This document shows, piece by piece, positions 12,811 through 27,650 of a stretch of 64,000 nucleotides of DNA. Positions within the stretch are counted from its first letter, which is position 1; each line of letters opens with the position of its first letter. The DNA is from Octopus vulgaris (Eukaryota). Both the position numbers and the translations under genes were made by a program. The stretch is taken from positions 30,690,001 to 30,754,000 of the forward strand of contig OX597819.1 in assembly GCA_951406725.2 (NCBI GenBank), given 5' to 3'. The notes beneath the pieces were generated by a model. That model saw nothing but the letters and a program-made list of their open reading frames with translations, was not told the DNA's origin and did no database searches.

Positions 12811-13549
12811 ATACTATTATATCATTAACCTTTATTTTATTAAACCCGGAAATATGAAAGAAAACTTGATTTAAATTAAGAAAGAAATAGTATGAAATAT
12901 ACAATAAAACATAAACTTAGATTATCTCCATTGCAGATAATGAATTTATGTTTAACAAAATCGATAATCTGGTTCTATGAAAATAAAAGATACGCTTTTG
13001 ATATATAAATAATTCCTAAAGAGGGCGGAGCATATAGCAGATTCATATATATATTTTTATCAAAATAAACATATTGTAGACATGGTTATTGCCGACGAGA
13101 CATATGTTAGACATGACAGCAGTAAGGTGCTGAGAGGCATCACATGTATGACTAAGAAAAACACAGCCTCGTCAATGTTTATATTAAGACTCTGCATTAA
13201 CAGATGCACTCTATAGGTACTTCTGGTCACAAATTATTGTATTAACATTTATTGCATTCCACGTAGATGAATACACAAAGAATTAATCAAACACTCAAGC
13301 AAACTACTTCATTACTTCTTAGCGTTTCATAAAGAAATTAGGCCTAAAAAAATTCTTTTTTTTTTCTTTTTTTTTTGGCAGCAAGCCTACATAAAACTGC
13401 TATTTTTACTGGGAGAGGATGCAGTTTCACTTGAAATTCTTCGGCTCAAATGCATTCCACAAAACGATTGCTTTATTTGTTCATTAATTCTTTGAGATTA
13501 TTTATGACTCATGTCTTTTGAAAATTAGCATTAAAGGAGAAAGACATTT

Positions 13550-14075
<526 letters not shown>

Positions 14076-15048
14076 TGCACGAAGCAGTTTCAAAAGCAAA
14101 CAAAAATATTCAAATGATAAGAATATAATTTCTAAAGCAACTGATAGCGTAGCGTTGTATGTTTATTACTCTGTCTATTCAGACAGTTATGCTACATACT
14201 GATCGGGTTAGTGGTTGATATACAGATGGCAATATTTACTTCTTGGTTTAAATAATGAGGGGAAGAACCTAGGTAGAATTTCAAGGAAGAAATGTATCTT
14301 AGAAATAATTTTGCTTTTAAGCATCAGTCTTAAGTTACTTAACGTATGTGAAGGGCATCTGCGTTCTATAGCATATACTATTACTGCAGCTAAGTACAGT
14401 ATTTTATATAACAGGATAGAATATTGGAAACAAGTACGTTTTTATTACAAAATATATAGCCCGTAGCACTTTCTTTCCTTCCAAGAACTGCATCAATTTG
14501 GAACACTAGCCAGCTCGGAACTAAAATTAATTACACTAGTTTCATCCAGGCAGCTAGAGACGTAGATCTTACTAGCAACAACAAAGACTGCACATTTTGG
14601 CTGGGAAATATAATACAAGGGTGGTAACTTTTTAATCAAATTCGTCGTATCTGTTCTCAAGGTATAAAATGTGTATTTGTGAATAGACGCATCATTATAT
14701 GTGTATGTGTACCGTGAAAAGAAGCCAATTTAGAGAGGGCATACAGAAATAATCTTGCTGATGCTAAAACATGGCGCCATGATGAATTGGAGTCATCAAA
14801 CACGTATAATTATAAAAGTAGAAAACAATCACAATTATTTAAGCGAATAGTAACAAATGCTAAATTATTTTCATCAACAGAACCAACATACAAAAATGTT
14901 GCAGCCCAACTGTGGAATAATTCATTTAAGATGTGGAAAAAATTATATAGAGCGAACAGTAATTCATTAAAAAAAATGAATGACACAGCAATGACAGCAA
15001 ATCCTATTTCCTGTCGCTAGACAAATATCACTCCGTGAAGATATAGAA

Positions 15049-15515
15049 CAGTGTTTCCTAACGTGGGGCGAAGGAAAATTCCTCTTAATATCACATAAGT
15101 GTTTTAGCGTGGGTTGTAAAAATTCTTGAAAGTGACTTGAGCGTACACTTGTCGACCCTAAGCCTATCTTTGGACATTGAAATGAAAAAAATATCGCCGT
15201 GCAACATTTATACCTAAACCACAGGAATCGGTGTAGCTACGACCAATCAGCATGCCGAGTGAGGTATCTGTATTTGTTAGGCATTTGTTTCTGTTTCAAA
15301 TCTATTGTCCAGTGTCAAGCGTTTATAAAAGCAGCAGTCGACTCCACTCACTATTGCTGATTGGTGCTTCGAGTCCCTTTCTTTCTACAAAAATCGTCAT
15401 CTCCATCACTTCATCACCTTCTAGGATTTGCGTAAGCCCTTTTTAAAATAAGTAAACAAAGCAAGAAGACTCGTCGATATTCGGTGGAGTTTTTGAAGTT
15501 TGGGTTTATTCCCGA
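15049..15515 (+). mobile_element. hAT (Buster/Charlie-like) 5' end remnant
   Basis: atatagaa|CAGTGTTTCCTAACGTGGGGCG TIR-like start. 15460-15513 encodes SKKTRRYSVEFLKFGFIP, resembling the Buster-family transposase N-terminus. Confidence 0.65.
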
Positions 15516-15567
15516 TAAACCGTTACATTATAAATATCTTACACAGTTATTTTAATTTATTTCAATA

Positions 15568-15961
15568 CTAGCAGTATCGCCCGGCGTTTCTCGGGTTTGT
15601 AAGGGACATAACTATATAAGCATTTTTAGAGATGTAAAGTATAATAGCCATCTCAATATGGCTAACCACAAAGGGGGGCGTGTTACTGTAGCTTTTTACG
15701 TTCTGAGATTTAATAAATTTTTAGAGAGTTACTTCCCTTATATATGCCAAAAATGTATTAAAAATGGGAAAAATTGATGGTAAATTATTTTTAAAATCGT
15801 AGACTCATCGTAGACGCGCGCTAATACTCAGAAGGGCTCGATATGAATCACGACTATAAGATACCCGGTTTTGGTTAAACTGCACCGCAAAATGTGGGAG
15901 TAGTTAGGAATCTAAATCGTAGGAGACAGACAGCACACAACCTCTCTTTTATATATAAAGA
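15568..15961 (-). mobile_element. Non-autonomous Helitron family H1
   Basis: A|TCTTTATATATAAAA...cccgagaaacgccggg-cgatactg-CTAG|T, with no TSD. Confidence 0.85.
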
Positions 15962-16480
15962 TGACACTCTTTCAAGTGTTTAACTTAACCTGGTCGACTC
16001 TCACATAAATCAGTGAATGTTTTGTTTATTGATTTCTATATTGAAACGTATATTTTTCAATTTATCTTAGATTGAGGTTGTTCATCAATAAGAAGCCACA
16101 TGGGATGGAGAATCACTGAAGAGGTCACAGGTTGTGTGACGAAAGATTTCCAATCAAAGGACATACAATAAGAATAATGATAAATCTGAAATGAAGAACG
16201 AATATATATATATTTATCTGAAAAAAAAAAAAAAAACAATTTCCATCCCGAAATATAACAATATCTATTTCAACACACGATTTCGCGTAGGAATCTTGCT
16301 AAAACTAATACATAAACATTTTTCACAAACAAAATCAGATTTCAGAACACCTTTTTGCTTGAAGAACTTGAGAAATAAAAGAAAGGCACAAAATAATACC
16401 GATCGTAGAGACACATTAGGATTCGCATAATTAATGCGTCGAAAATTGAAAAAAAAAATCAAATTAGAAATAAATATGCT

Positions 16481-16836
16481 GGTGTAAGCATGGCTGTGTG
16501 GTAAGAAGCTTGCTTCCCAATCACTTGGTTCCGGGTTCGGTCCCACTCCGTGGTACCCTGGACAGCGTCGGGCCCGACCAAAGCCTTATGAGTGGATCTG
16601 GTAGACGGAAACTGAAAAAAAGCCCGTCATATATATATGTATATATATTTGTGTTTGTGTCTGCGTTTGTCCCCCATCACCTGGTATTGGTGTGTTTACT
16701 TCCCCGTAATTTAGCGGTTCAACAAAGAAACTGGTAGAATAAGTGCTAGGCTTTAAAAAGTCCTGGGGTCGACTAAAACCCCTCAAGGCGATGCTCCAGT
16801 ATGGTCGCAGTCAAATGAGTGAAACAAGTAAAAGTA
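16481..16836 (+). mobile_element. SINE family B
   Basis: ggctgtgtggtaagaagcttgc...ggttcggtccc...tgaaacaagtaaaag. Confidence 0.8.
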
Positions 16837-17385
16837 TAAAAGAATACCAAGGACGGAATATATAAAAAGCTCGATGACCGAGATTGTAAGGGGGATAACT
16901 TTGATACTATTGTGTTATTGAAACTACTTGTAGTAGAGATGGTCACTGAAGACTTCTCTCCCATGAGACCAATATTTGTTTCTGATATTAACAGGAAGCT
17001 AGAGCTCAGGGGAGAGGAGTTACTTGATTAAATCAACTTCAAAATTCGACTAGTATTATAATTAATCGATCAGGGGTAAGTGATATTTGAAATACAGTGT
17101 CGTAACAAAGTGTCGTCAGTTATTTTTGCTGCCGCTCTAACGATTCATCCAATCCTCAGCCCTATATAATTGTCTATAAGATTAAAATAATCCTTTCTAC
17201 AAAGCCTGAAATTTGGTGGCGGGGTGTGCAAGCTGGTATTGATTTCATCGACCCCGGAAGAATGATCGGCAAAATCGACCTCAGAGAATTTTGAACTCAG
17301 AATGTAAAAGCAAACGAAGTACTTATTTCTTTACTACCCACAAGGGTTTAAACACAGAGAGGACAAACAAGGACAGACAAACAGG

Positions 17386-17838
17386 TTAAGTCGATTCTTT
17401 CGACCCCAATTCATAACTAGTACTTATTTAATCGACCCCGAAAGGATGAAAGGCAAAAGTTCAAATCCTACTGAGACCAAGTTCACATTTCAGGGTCGAT
17501 GAAATAAAAATGGCAATTATAGAAAGAGGAATAAACTGATTAAGTCGATTCCTTCGACCCCAATTCGTAACTAGTACTTATTTAATCGACCCCGAAAGGA
17601 TGAAAGGCAAAAGTTCAAATACTACTGAGACCAAGTTCACATTTCAGGGTCGATGAAATAAAAATGGCAATTATAGAAAGAGGAATAAACTGATTAAGTC
17701 GATTCCTTCGACCCCAATTCGTAACTAGTACTTATTTAATCGACCCCGAAAGGATGAAAGGCAAAAGTTCAAATACTACTGAGACCAAGTTCACATTTCG
17801 GGGTCGATGAAATAAAAATGGCAATTGGAGAAAGAGGG
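17386..17838. repeat. 154-bp tandem repeat x3 built from SINE family A fragments
   Basis: Units start at 17386, 17540 and 17694 (ttaagtcgattc...) and are near-identical. Confidence 0.9.
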
Positions 17839-18269
17839 ATCGATGACATAGAATTTCAAGCATTGTGGCTCTATTAGAAACAATTACATTGATTTATTTT
17901 TACTCTTATTGATTGTGACACACCGGAAGATTAAGTTCATGTTAAAGATAAACAAAACTATGTTTTGCTTTGTTTTATTGATCATACTCACCTAAATATT
18001 ATTATGGATTTTCAACAGCTTTAAATTATATTTTTAAAAGTTCATGATGTACCTACATACTCCTGGAAAATAAGTGTACTGATATGCATTTTTTTTCCTG
18101 AGGCACCGTAATTAGAAAACTAACAAGAGTCATCTCCCTTTTCAGAATACGAGTCCCCTCCCTTGGTATTAATTTTTAAAACAATGTCTTTTGTGTGTGT
18201 GGTAGCATGTACAAACACTGCAAAAGATGACACGTTTTAATAGAAAAAGTCTTATATAATGGATGTATT

Positions 18270-18623
18270 GGATCATTTCGGTTTGAACGGCAGTTTTTGA
18301 CGTAATTTCTAGGTAACTATAAAATTTTAAACTTCGTATACTGGTAGAATGTGTTTATAAAACATCTTTTTCTCTTGGCTTTATTGAGAAAATTCTATAG
18401 TTTGTAAGATATTTGTTGTTTTTTTCTTCAATTTCTGCAATTTCAACCAATCAGTGTCGTCTATTGAGGTAAAAAAAAACATTCTGTGCCGTGTGAATAT
18501 GTCCACCCACCCCTAACCCTAAAACAGATTGAAATGCAATAGATCGATACTAGTGTCATAATTATGGGTGACAATTTCATATGACACCGCTAGAAAAAAC
18601 TGCCGTTCGAACCGAAATGATCC
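18270..18623. mobile_element. MITE with 29-bp TIRs and internal CCCTAA repeats
   Basis: GGATCATTTCGGTTTGAACGGCAGTTTTT / AAAAACTGCCGTTCGAACCGAAATGATCC (1 mismatch). Confidence 0.8.
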
Positions 18624-18967
18624 TTCTTTTTTTTTTTTTATTCCTTTTACTTTTATTTGCTTCAGTCGTTTGACTGCGGCTATGCTGGAGCATCGCCTTT
18701 TAGTCAAAGAAATCGACCCCAAAACTTCTTCTTTATAAGGCTGGTACTTATTCTATCGGTGCTGCATCACGAAGTTTTGTCAGTGAACAGGTTGCGGTCT
18801 CAAAGCGACGAAAATATTTTGACAAATTAAATTTAAATGTTGAAGTGAATCTAACGGTTTTTGTGAGTTTCTTAAATGGCTTATAAACACCTTCCACACT
18901 GCAATTGTTTTCGTTCCAGCACACGAACTCAGATCAAGTCACTCGCTATGCAAGTACATATCTCCTT

Positions 18968-19045
<78 letters not shown>

Positions 19046-19076
19046 CATACATATATATATACATATATATATATAC

Positions 19077-19139
<63 letters not shown>

Positions 19140-19179
19140 CATATATATATATACATATATATATACATATATATATATA

Positions 19180-19231
<52 letters not shown>

Positions 19232-19232
19232 C

Positions 19233-19335
<103 letters not shown>

Positions 19336-19344
19336 TATATTTAG

Positions 19345-21745
19345 CTGGAATTTATACAAAAAACAAACAAAACAAAAGATGAAGACAAGTGTGTAAACAA
19401 CAAACATGTATTAGTTTAACGCTCTGGAAGTAAGAAAGTCTTTTACATTTTGAGCCTACACTCTTCAGCAGAAAGGAACACAAATAAACAGAGTGAGGAA
19501 ATAAAAAAGGTTTAGTGGCTATCGATCAATCATGGTGAATGCCAGACAGAGGTGGTCAGACAGGAGAGCTAGGAAGAAGGGGAGATAATAAAGTAGTGGT
19601 AATCCCAAAACAAGGGTGCATGTGTGAGAGCGTGTGTGTGCATATAGATAGGGGCTGGTGATCTTGATGTGTGTGTGCATGTGTAGGTATGTGGATGATG
19701 GTTTGGGTGCTGGGAAGTGGTCAGTGCTGGTGTGTGCAGGATGGTGTGTTGTGGTGTTCGAGTGGGGGAAAGCAAGGGTGGGAGTAGGGGTAGGGGTGGG
19801 TATGTGGGAATGGGGTGTGAGAATAGGGTAGGGTATGTGGGAGTGGAATGTGTGGGATAGGGTGGGGGTAGGATGGGATGTATAGAGGTGGGGTTGGAAT
19901 GTGTAAGGGTGGGGTAATAATGAAGAGGTAATAATGAAGGGAGAAGGTGGGTAGGAGTGAAGAGAGGAAGTAGGTGTGAGAGGAAGAGAGGAGGGAGGAG
20001 AATGTTAGATGAAGAGGAGAGGAGAGTTGAACCCATGTGGCACAAAGGAGCCATGAGAGAAGATTAATTCCTGTTCACAGCAAAGACAAGAGTTTGGATG
20101 GCCCCTGTGCAAGGACAATCCGAACACAGACTGGTGTTGTAAAGAATGACAGATAGAGTGTAAATGGCACGAGACAGGGGAGTCGTTGCTGAGTCTGATG
20201 CCTCGGAGTTGTCCCGCGAACCGGTCAGCCAAGCGGTGTCCCATTTGACCAATGTACAGAGAAGGACAGAGAGAGCAGGAGATGCAGTAAATGACATTGC
20301 TAGAAGTGCAGGTGAAGGAGTCAGTGATATGATAAGGTCAATGATAGGTACCTTTGAGGATGGTGGTGTTGGATAGGTAAGAGCAAGTGAGGCAGCGTGG
20401 GTAGGAGCATGGGAACGAGACGCATTGGGAGGTTGGGTTACGAAAGAAACTGTGGACCAGGAGGTCACATAGGTTGTGGGCTCATTTGAAGGAGGAGAGG
20501 GGTTGGTTAGGAAAGATGTGTGAAGTGGAAGGGTTGGACTGGAGTCACCAGAAGGCTCGGAGAATGGTGCGTTGTAGAGGTAGGGTGGAGAGGTGGTAGG
20601 TGAGGGGAAACGGGCGATGAGTAAAGGCAGAGCGGGTGCAGGGGGAGAAAGCAGATGCATGGTCCACGGAATGTGCTCTGGCAAGAGCGGCATGGATAGT
20701 GGTGAGAGGATTTCCATGTAGGATGAAGTGGCAAATCATGGGTTGAGACTGAGTCTCAAAGTTATGGTTGTCACTGCAGAGCCTGTGCAGACGGAGGAAT
20801 TGGGAATAGGGGATGGAGAGCTTGGTGTATTTAGGGTGGGAGAGGTATAAGTGTGAGTCTGTGTGTTTGTAGTGGATGGATGTGGTGAGAGTAGAGTGAT
20901 GAATGCTGACCAAAATGTCAAGAAAGGTGACGGAAGTGTTGGGGAAATAGTGCAGGCGAAGTGGGGGCAGGATGGAAAGATTTGACAAAAGAGAGGAAGG
21001 AGTCTAGTTGGGTGTTGGATCAAAGGTCAAAGTAGTGTTGGAGTGCACAAAGCTCCTCATGGTGAAGGATCAACGTCTATAGGCTCTTGATGTCAAGAGT
21101 GAAGAGAAGTTTAGAGAAGCCAGGAGAGAAGGAGAAAGTGTTGAACAGACGAAGAGCATGGTTGGTGTCCTGGATGTGAGAGAGGAGAGAAGCCACTAGG
21201 GCGGCAAGGACACGGTCAAGATATCTGGAGATGAGTTCAGTGGGGCAGTTGCAGTCAGAGACGATGGCGGCCAGGGTTGTTAGGTTTGTGGATTTTGAGG
21301 AAGTAAATTGTGGGAGTACGAAGGGTGTGGACAATGAGGTTGGAGGTGGGAGGAGGAGATGAGGACATGGATAGTGGAGGACACCGTTTGTTGGTAGCTG
21401 GGCGGGGGGTGGAGGACAAAGGGCAGTAGAAGGAGATGTCTTGAAGTTGGCAGAGAGCTTTGGCCTTCTAGAGGTCTGCCCACTACACTACCATGGCACC
21501 ACCCTTGTCAGCTGATTTTATAATGATGTCTTTGCAGCGTTAGAGACATTGAAAGGCCAAGTGTTTGGCTAGAGAGAGATGTTCACATGTCAGGGACACC
21601 TGGAAAAGTCAAACCAGTCCACAGCACGCTGGCAGACACCTGCAAAAGCATCGACTGCTTGGAACTGGCACCCACTGGAACGGTCAGTAGCCCGGGTTGG
21701 TGAAGTAGTGCTCCTTATTAGATGCAGGTGGAGCATCAGGGAATA
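19345..21745 (-). mobile_element. Neptune-type Penelope-like retroelement, decayed (RT, Zn linker, GIY-YIG, 3' pLTR)
   Basis: RT motifs LLFTLDIKSL, SVTFLDILVSI, YKHTDSHLYL and SIPYSQFLRLHRLCS. Linker PCSYPRCLTC. Endonuclease FTCTSSNVIYCISCSLCPSLYIGQMGHRLADRF. Embedded in (TA)n arrays and frameshifted. Confidence 0.9.
19440..19475 (-). ncRNA. Degenerate minimal hammerhead in the Neptune 3' pLTR
   Basis: cttt-CTGCTGA-agagtgtaggctc-AAAA-tgta-aaag. Stems I and II are present but the core is mutated. Confidence 0.5.
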
Positions 21746-21873
21746 ACACACATATATACAGATATATATATATTATATATATACATATATATATATTATA
21801 TATATACATATATATATGTATACATATATATATATACATATATACATACACAAATATATATTATATATATACA

Positions 21874-21923
<50 letters not shown>

Positions 21924-21968
21924 CATATATATATTATATACATATATATATTATATACATATATATAT

Positions 21969-22061
<93 letters not shown>

Positions 22062-22198
22062 TGCTAAATTTATTTCTTGAGAACATTTCTTAGTGGTAAG
22101 ACCGTAGCGGATCCACTTCTAGCATAAGGGCATCCACATAGTGGTTTCCTTCTCATATGTATATTATACATATACATATATATAATATATATATGCAA

Positions 22199-22237
<39 letters not shown>

Positions 22238-22506
22238 TGCATATATATATACATATATATATAAATATATACATATATATATACATATGTATATACACAC
22301 ACAAATATATATATATACATATATATATACACACACATATATACATACATACATATAGATATAATTACATTTATATAAATATGTATATATACACATATAC
22401 ATATATATATATACACATATTTATACATACCCATGTGACCGTGTGTGTACCGTTGGCGATTTTTTCTTCCTCCATCTTCCCTTCTCTGGATCTTTCCTTC
22501 TCCTAT

Positions 22507-22541
22507 GTTTCCGACGATGAGCTCTGCTCGAAACGTTAGAC
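22507..22541 (+). ncRNA. Minimal hammerhead (CCGA variant) in a solo Neptune-like pLTR (about 22430-22630)
   Basis: gttt-CCGACGA-t-gagc-tct-gctc-GAAAC-GTT-agac. The downstream sequence parallels the 19345-19475 pLTR. Confidence 0.6.
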
Positions 22542-22640
22542 CCTCCTTCTCTCCTGAGCATCAAATAATACTATATTTGTTCCTTGTCCTCACGTTGTTG
22601 TGTTTTTTGTGCTTTCATGTTTGGATTAACTATATATATG

Positions 22641-22678
<38 letters not shown>

Positions 22679-23160
22679 TATATATATACATACATACATA
22701 TATATATATACATTTATATATATTTGTATATATATACACATACACACATATATATATATATATATACACACATACATACATACATACATACATACATACA
22801 TACATACATACATACATACATACATACATACATACATACATACATGCATGCATACATACATGCATACATATATGTATATGATATGTTGTGAGTAAGGAGA
22901 TTAGAAATTTTAACTCCAAATAAGTCGCATAGGGCAAAAATTGTATAGAAATGTCCAATGGAAAGGCATAGCTATAGCTGAATTAAGATATGGCCTGACA
23001 GTTAAAAAAAGGACTTAGTGTGGTGTATATTTAAAAAAATTTTCATACATGAAAATGAAGTTAATCTAGAGGAGTTACGTAAACAAATGTTAGAGAAGTA
23101 AAAAGGGTTAAAGAGAGAATAAGATGTGTAGGATGGACTTATGTTTACATAAGAACTAAT

Positions 23161-23371
23161 ATTTTACTCTTTTACTTGTTTCAGTCATTTGACTGCGGCA
23201 ATGCTGGAGCACCGCCTTCAGTCGAGCAAATCGACCCCCAGGACTTATTCTTTGTAAGCTTAGTACTTATTCTATCGGTCTCTATTGCCGAACCGCTAAG
23301 TTACGGGGACGTAAATACACCAGCATCGGTTGTCAAGCGATGTTGGGGGTCAAACACAGACACACAAACAT

Positions 23372-23408
<37 letters not shown>

Positions 23409-23580
23409 CATATACACGACAGGCTTCTTTCAGTTTCCGTCTACCAAATCCACTCACAAGGCTTTGGTCGGCCCAAGGCTATAATAGAAGACACTTGCCC
23501 AAGGTACCACGCAGTAGACAGAACCCGGAACCATGTGATTGGTAAGCAAGCTACTTACCACACAGCCACTCCTGCGCCTA
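23161..23580 (-). mobile_element. SINE family B, full length (further copies at 24524-24934, 28003-28384, 32682-33034 and 59220-59760)
   Basis: Same head, body and tail as 10868-11280. Confidence 0.85.
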
Positions 23581-23780
23581 TATTTGTTAGCATGTATTAA
23601 ATAAAAGGTAGAAAAATTAAGTAAAAACAGAAGAAAATAGTTGTTGATATTACAATTTAGATAGTAAATACTTGCTGTGGCAATAAAGATGAAAAAAGTG
23701 AAGTTGAAATAGATAATGGATGTTGGAATATGGTAAAATAATATCAATGTAGGAGAGATAAATGGTCTGGGAAAGGTTTA

Positions 23781-24084
23781 TCTTTATATATAAAACTGTA
23801 GTTGTGTGTGTGTCTGTCTACTCCGATTTAGATTCCTAACTACTCCCACATTTTGCGGTGGTTTAACCAAAAGCAGGTATCTTATAGACGTGATTCATAT
23901 CGAGCCCTTCTGGGTATTAGCGCGCATCTACAATGAGTCTACGATTTAAAAAAAAATTTACCATCATTTTTCCGCATTTTTAATCCATTTTTCGCTTGGT
24001 TTTATATAAGGGAAGTAACTCTCTAAAAATGCTTATATAGTTATTTCCCTTACAAACCCGAGCAACGCCAGGCGAAACTACTAG
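23781..24084 (+). mobile_element. Non-autonomous Helitron family H1
   Basis: A|TCTTTATATATAAAA...cccgagcaacgccagg..CTAG|T. Confidence 0.85.
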
Positions 24085-24719
24085 TTTTATGTATAATGAT
24101 ATGTAAGTTTATACAGTAACTATGTTATAGTATAAATAAAAATTATGACGTAAGAAACTAGCTTGCAATAATGTGAGAGGGATATTTGATGGTATTAGGG
24201 TAGTATTAATATTCAAGTAATAGAAGAGTATTGTGTATTATGAAAATAGGAGAAGGTACGAGTATGGGGGTGCACTCAAGTATACAAAAAAATTTATACA
24301 TAATGTCAGAGAAAAAAATAGTCTTATAAGGAAAAAAATGTTAGTATATTTACTCATACATGAGTAGAGGCATATTTGTACATTAGTATACATAGATACA
24401 GGGAATCTAGCTGTTTTTTGACTAGGGTATACATAAAAGAAGGAACACTTTACAAAAATATATATACACTCATACCGATGCAAAGAGAGAAAAATCACAC
24501 ACATAAAAAAAATATATATATATACTCTTTTACTTGTTTCAGTCATTTGACTGCAGCCATGCTGGAACACCACCTTTAATCGAGCAACTCGACCCCGGGT
24601 CTTATTCTTTTGTAAGCCCAGTACTTATTCTATCGGTCTCTTTGCTGAACCGCTAAGTAACGGAGACATAAACACACCAGCATCGGTTGTCAAGCGATGT
24701 TGGGAGGGGACAAACACAG

Positions 24720-24768
<49 letters not shown>

Positions 24769-25841
24769 TACGACGGGCTTCTTTCAGTTTCCGTCTACCA
24801 AATCCACTCACAAGGCTTTGGTCGGCCCGAGGCTATAGTAGAAGACAGTTGCCCAAGGTGCCACGCAGTGGGACTTAACCCAGAACCATGTGGTTGGTAA
24901 ACAAACTACTTACCACACAGCCACTCCTGCGCCTATATATGCGTGTATGCAAAACTTGTATATACGGAGATACACACATTCATATTAAACAATACATGTT
25001 AGTGGCAACATATAGTAAATAAACACAAAATAATTTATATACACACATAGATGACATTTAAGATCCATACCTAGATATACACACATGGTTGTAGATATGT
25101 AGGACACCAAAAAGTAATAAACGTGCATACATGTTTGCATATATCAGCAATAAAATATATTCAATAATCCGATATAGTGACAAGTAACATAAACCAGTAA
25201 TAGTCAGAATGGGTGTGTTGAGGGTGTTTAAATGGACACGTTATGCAACAAAAAAAAAATACAAAAAATTATAGGTATATTATATACTAAGGAAAGATAT
25301 AACTTTTTTAAAAAAAAACAGACACATTGAGAGAAAAGGAAGTGCAGGGAGAGATAGATAAAGTGTTAGCCCTATATATGGTGAGTCATGCAATTGTTAG
25401 AAGAAATTGTTAAATAAAAATACCAAGATGGTGTAAGATATAGTGATGCAAAGTGAAATATTTTTAATAAAACACCTAAAACTAATTTAAGCAAGGGGCG
25501 AGTGAAAAATTATTTAAGATTGATCAATAGGAATTTGGTCATGTGTTTACATGAGGAAACTTTTTCATCCTTAGTATTAACCAAATTTCCATTCATTCTC
25601 ATTATGCTATAGCTTCTATACAATTTTTGCCCTACACAACTTATTTGGAGTTAAAATTTCTAAGTGATCACGCAGCAATGCGAGATAAAGTACTTTGCTC
25701 AAGAACACCATGCACCACCCGGAATTGAAACTGAAAACAGGAATAGGAATAGAAACAGGAATTGAAATCATGATCGCAAGTGCAACACCCTAACCACTAA
25801 GCCATGCACCATCACACACATACATACATATATATACATAT

Positions 25842-25882
<41 letters not shown>

Positions 25883-25900
25883 CAGTCAGGCAGATATATG

Positions 25901-25940
<40 letters not shown>

Positions 25941-25941
<1 letters not shown>

Positions 25942-26222
25942 GTATATTTAAGGAAATCACTAGGTGGATAATCATACGCTAGTAGAAGATCACATACGAT
26001 CTAACTACAAAGAAAAAATGTTCTACAGAGAAAATTCAGTGAAGAGAAGAAGATCGTATGTGATCTTCTTCTAGCGTATGGTTATCCACCTAGTGGTTTC
26101 CCTAAATATACACATGTACTGAAATTTTTTCTGATTTTTCAGATTTTTTATATGCTAGGATACTGGTTTTAAATTGATACTAATTAAATTAATATTCAAT
26201 TTATCTCCCTCATTATTTAAAT
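25941..26222. mobile_element. Fold-back element in (TA)n: 62-bp arms, 48-nt spacer, tail of about 110 nt
   Basis: 25941-26002 vs 26051-26112 with 4 mismatches. The tail resembles 39285-39345. Confidence 0.75.
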
Positions 26223-26557
26223 TATATATATATATATATTGATACAAGCAGGAAAAATACAACTCAAAATATGATTATATGTATATAATTTATTAATATT
26301 TAGCAGAAGTAACAGAGTGACTCAAGGTCTGAGAGCTTCTCGAACCTTAAGTCACTATATGTATATATATAAATGTATATATATATATATTGGATCTTAC
26401 ATTTAGATATCATTACATACATGCATACATACATACATACATACATACATACATACATACATACATACATACATGCATACATGCATACATACATACATGC
26501 ATGCATGCATGCATGCATGCAAGCATACATACACAAATTATGATGTTGTTGAAATTC

Positions 26558-27650
26558 CAAGGGTAGGCTGAAAAGTTCATAGGCTAGCTATGAAAGAGTG
26601 ATGCTAATACTGTGAAGTCATGCAGGCATTAGTTTCAAATCCTTCTTATTAATAACCTCATTGTTTCTTTCCACATAAAGTGACATCTGATTGTTCAAAG
26701 AAAACTTCAAGACTAACTAGTGACTTCTCTTGAAAATCAACAAAAATTGGCATCATGGCATTCTCAAGTACCCGCAAGAAAAGGGCTTAGCTCCTAAGGA
26801 TATTCATGCTGACATCATTGCTATATTAAGGGATGATACTCCAGCTTTATCAACAGTTCAAAAGCAGGCAGCTAAATTTAGGAGAACTCTTCAGAGAGTT
26901 TTGAAGATGATCCAGGAGCTGGACATCCTGCAAATGCCACCACCAAGGAAAACATTGATTATGTTCACCATGTGGTGAAATGTATCAAATAGCAAATGCT
27001 ATTAGCATATCCCATGAGAAAGTTGAAAATATTCTGCACAATGAGTTTGGCATGAGAAAGATTTCTGCTCAGCAGGTGCCATGTCTTCTGAGATCTGATC
27101 AAAGGTGTGCCAGGCTGATCACATTACAGCAAAATCTGACATTGTATGAGGCAGATCCAGCTGGTTTACTTGTGTGTTTCCTAACCCAAAATGAGTGTTG
27201 GGTTCATCACTTTGAACCAGAGACAAAGAGAGAATCCATGTAGTGGAAACACCCCTCCTCACCTGCTCCAAAACAGACCAAGGTTGTTTCATTTGCTGGG
27301 AAGGTGACCGCCTCATTTTTTTATGATGCAAAAGGCATTGTATTTTCCTTGACTGTTTTCAAAAAGGCCACATCATCAATGGAGAGTACTATGCCAACTT
27401 AATGAGGCAGTTACAAAAGGCTAACAAAACCAAACACCCAGGAAAACTGATGAAAGGGATCTTTTTTTTTTATCAGGACAATGCTCCAGCATACAAGTCC
27501 TTCATTTCAATGGCTGCTTTGAACTGGTTGATCACCCTCCCAATTCTCCTGATTTGGCAATATTTATCATCTGTTCCCCAGCAAAAAAAATCACTTGAAT
27601 GGGAACCAGAAGAGCAGTGAAGATGACGTCATATCTGCTGTTGATGACAT
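26558..27650 (+). mobile_element. Mariner transposon, decayed and 3'-truncated
   Basis: TIR-like caagggtaggctgaaaagttc. Transposase remnants KISAQQVPCLL (WVP motif), NECWVHHFEPETKRESM*W (DETW region) and QDNAPAYK (HDNA). Confidence 0.85.

Noticed and set aside
13088-13122. CCGACGA-gacatatgtt-agacatgac HHR-like string
   Set aside because: GAAA and the cleavage triplet are missing and stem I does not pair.
17386-17838. CRISPR-like array
   Set aside because: Whole 154-bp units are repeated with no unique spacers. They are SINE-derived, and there are no cas genes in this eukaryotic context.
19569-20054. Pro/Leu/His-rich 161-aa ORF
   Set aside because: It is the low-complexity pyrimidine-rich 3' UTR of the Neptune element.
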